NCBI GenBank assembly: GCA_003574845.1
Contig: NDHY01000002.1
Span: 80,317 to 144,316 of the forward strand
Length of the DNA: 64,000 nt
From: a candidate division NPL-UPA2 bacterium Unc8
GTDB taxonomy: Bacteria; NPL-UPA2
Direction of reading: 5' to 3'
The notes under the pieces are model-generated. The model ran no database searches. It was not told the DNA's origin and saw only the letters and a list, made by a program, of their open reading frames with translations. Each line of letters opens with the position of its first letter. Position 1 is the first letter of the stretch. Made by a program: the position numbers and the translations under genes. Below are positions 62,427-64,000 of the stretch, piece after piece.

Positions 62427-63275
62427 TTACACTTCAATGGAGATATTGTCAATGAGGCGCGTATTACCAATCCAGACAGCAAGAGCAATCAAAATCTTGC
62501 CGGAAATCTCTTTCCTCTCTCTCAGTGTTTCTCCATCAACAAGGGAAATATAATCTATTTTTACCCGCGGCTCTTTCCTGACTATCTCCTCCATTATTTT
62601 AAGAATCTGTTTACTATTTCTTTCTCCGGAATTAATCAAATGACGCGCTTTTAGAAGAGATTTATAAAGAACCACTGCCGATTTTCTCTCTTCTTTAGTT
62701 AGGTAGCTATTTCTTGAGCTCACCGCAAGACCATCAGCAGTCCGCACGGTGGGGAGAACCTTTATCTCTACTTCCATATTAAGGTCAGCAACCATTCTCT
62801 TGACAATCAGTGCCTGCTGGGCATCCTTGGCTCCAAAGTAGGCAATATCAGGGCTGATAATATTGAACAGCTTTGCGACAATTGTCGCTACCCCGCGAAA
62901 ATGCCCCGGACGTGAGATGCCACACAAAGGAAAACTCAGCTTCTCCACATTGATAGAGGTCTGATATCCATCGGGGTACACCTCACCAGTTAGCGGAGCA
63001 AAGATAAAGTCCACCCCGGCATTGAAGGCGAGGAGGCAATCTTTATCTATATCTCGTGGATATCTTTTGTAGTCCTCCCCTTCAGGGGCAAACTGAGTAG
63101 GATTGACAAAAATACTGATGACAACAGCATCGCAGTCCTTTTTTACCTGGCGAATAAGACTGAGATGCCCCTCATGCAAGCACCCCATCGTCGGAACAAA
63201 GCCAATTGCACATCCCCTCTCTTTTAAGGCGCGAGAGCAGGCAGAGATCCGAGAAATCCTCCTAATAACCTCCAT
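62427..63275 (-). CDS. panC: Pantoate-beta-alanine ligase
   Basis: FVPTMG.LHEGH, SIFVNPTQF, RPGHF, FG.KD, SSRN, RLIDN. Confidence 0.97.
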   Translation of the reverse strand: MEVIRRISRISACSRALKERGCAIGFVPTMGCLHEGHLSLIRQVKKDCDAVVISIFVNPTQFAPEGEDYKRYPRDIDKDCLLAFNAGVDFIFAPLTGEVYPDGYQTSINVEKLSFPLCGISRPGHFRGVATIVAKLFNIISPDIAYFGAKDAQQALIVKRMVADLNMEVEIKVLPTVRTADGLAVSSRNSYLTKEERKSAVVLYKSLLKARHLINSGERNSKQILKIMEEIVRKEPRVKIDYISLVDGETLRERKEISGKILIALAVWIGNTRLIDNISIEV

Positions 63276-63697
63276 CTCTCCAACCGCAGAAAAGTATTTA
63301 TCATCTGATGTTGAGCATAACCTACATCTTCAGTGAGAATTGTCCCTGTAGGAATGTGCCAGTATTGCGGACGGCCATCTTCTCCCATCCCTTTATAAAG
63401 GAGATTGGAGCCATACCCGGCTATCCCACTACCATCCAATCTGATTACAGATTTTACAGGAGGAGTAAAACTAACTTCAGGGTTCCGTTTGATAGCAACC
63501 CGATAATGCTTTAGCTTTTCCTGGAAGTGCTGCGCTTTATCAGACGAGATTCTCTCCCACATGATTCTTCCATCAAAAGTAATAACCTCAGCAAACGCCT
63601 CTTCACTGAACTCCTTTATCCTGAGAATCTCTATCGTTTCAAGCTCATCACTCGCGGGAAGCAACAAGCGATTAGTAGTGTTAACTTTACTTTTCAT
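63224..63697 (-). CDS. Hypothetical protein
   Basis: 157-aa ORF filling the gap before panC and overlapping its start by 52 bp; no motif recognised. Confidence 0.45.
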   Translation of the reverse strand: MKSKVNTTNRLLLPASDELETIEILRIKEFSEEAFAEVITFDGRIMWERISSDKAQHFQEKLKHYRVAIKRNPEVSFTPPVKSVIRLDGSGIAGYGSNLLYKGMGEDGRPQYWHIPTGTILTEDVGYAQHQMINTFLRLERWRLLGGFLGSLPALAP

Positions 63698-63709
63698 TTG
63701 CTTGTTTCA

Positions 63710-64000
63710 CTATGGACTGGCAGTAGTTAAGTCAATCACTTCTTCAGCAACAAAAATAGGAACGTTAGCGCGCAGGGCAAGGGCAATAGCATCGCTTGGC
63801 CGGGCATCAATTTTCACTTCTTCCCCTTCTTGTGTGACAATCATTAACTTGGCAAAAAATATTCCTTCGGAGAGACTGTCAACGATTATACCTTCAAGTT
63901 TTGCTCCGAGTCCCTTTATTGTGCTCATTAATAGGTCGTGTGTAAGAGGACGTGGTGGAGTTATTCCTTTCATCTTCATCCTGATTGCTTCAGCCTCATA
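63710..64000 (-). CDS. Bifunctional nuclease family protein (DUF151), 5' end outside the window
   Basis: PRPLTHDL...F.AKL...DARPSDAIALA...PIFV. Confidence 0.93.
   Translation of the reverse strand, partial: YEAEAIRMKMKGITPPRPLTHDLLMSTIKGLGAKLEGIIVDSLSEGIFFAKLMIVTQEGEEVKIDARPSDAIALALRANVPIFVAEEVIDLTTASP

Overview
64-kb chromosomal segment of a diderm, probably anaerobic bacterium. 16S signatures point to a PVC-affiliated candidate lineage (Omnitrophota/Ratteibacteria-like; inference only). Left to right: the nusA-infB-rbfA-truB-ribF-rpsO-pnp operon; a complete rrn operon (16S, tRNA-Ile, tRNA-Ala, 23S, 5S); acyl-CoA metabolism genes; a tRNA-His/radC-anchored defence hotspot (intact Type III R-M, two MNT-HEPN pairs, several methylase/specificity remnants); a DapA-like::KdsD fusion; riboswitch-controlled btuB; hit-lepA; four integron attC-like sites with no integrase in view; nadE; a MetE-core/MtnA/LsrF/dehydrogenase cluster; coaX and nadC; three tandem beta-barrel OMP paralogs; a decaying acyl-CoA carboxylase operon; def-panD-panC. 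The most unusual signal is the repeat landscape. Six GC-rich palindromic elements from three families are inserted in frame in the Type III Mod/Res genes, two of them as a 34/35-identical inverted pair around the catalytic core. Mosaics of 7-mer repeats occupy intergenic junctions and also build an 18-bp hairpin insertion in 23S helix 45. All calls are by eye from sequence motifs; no searches were run.
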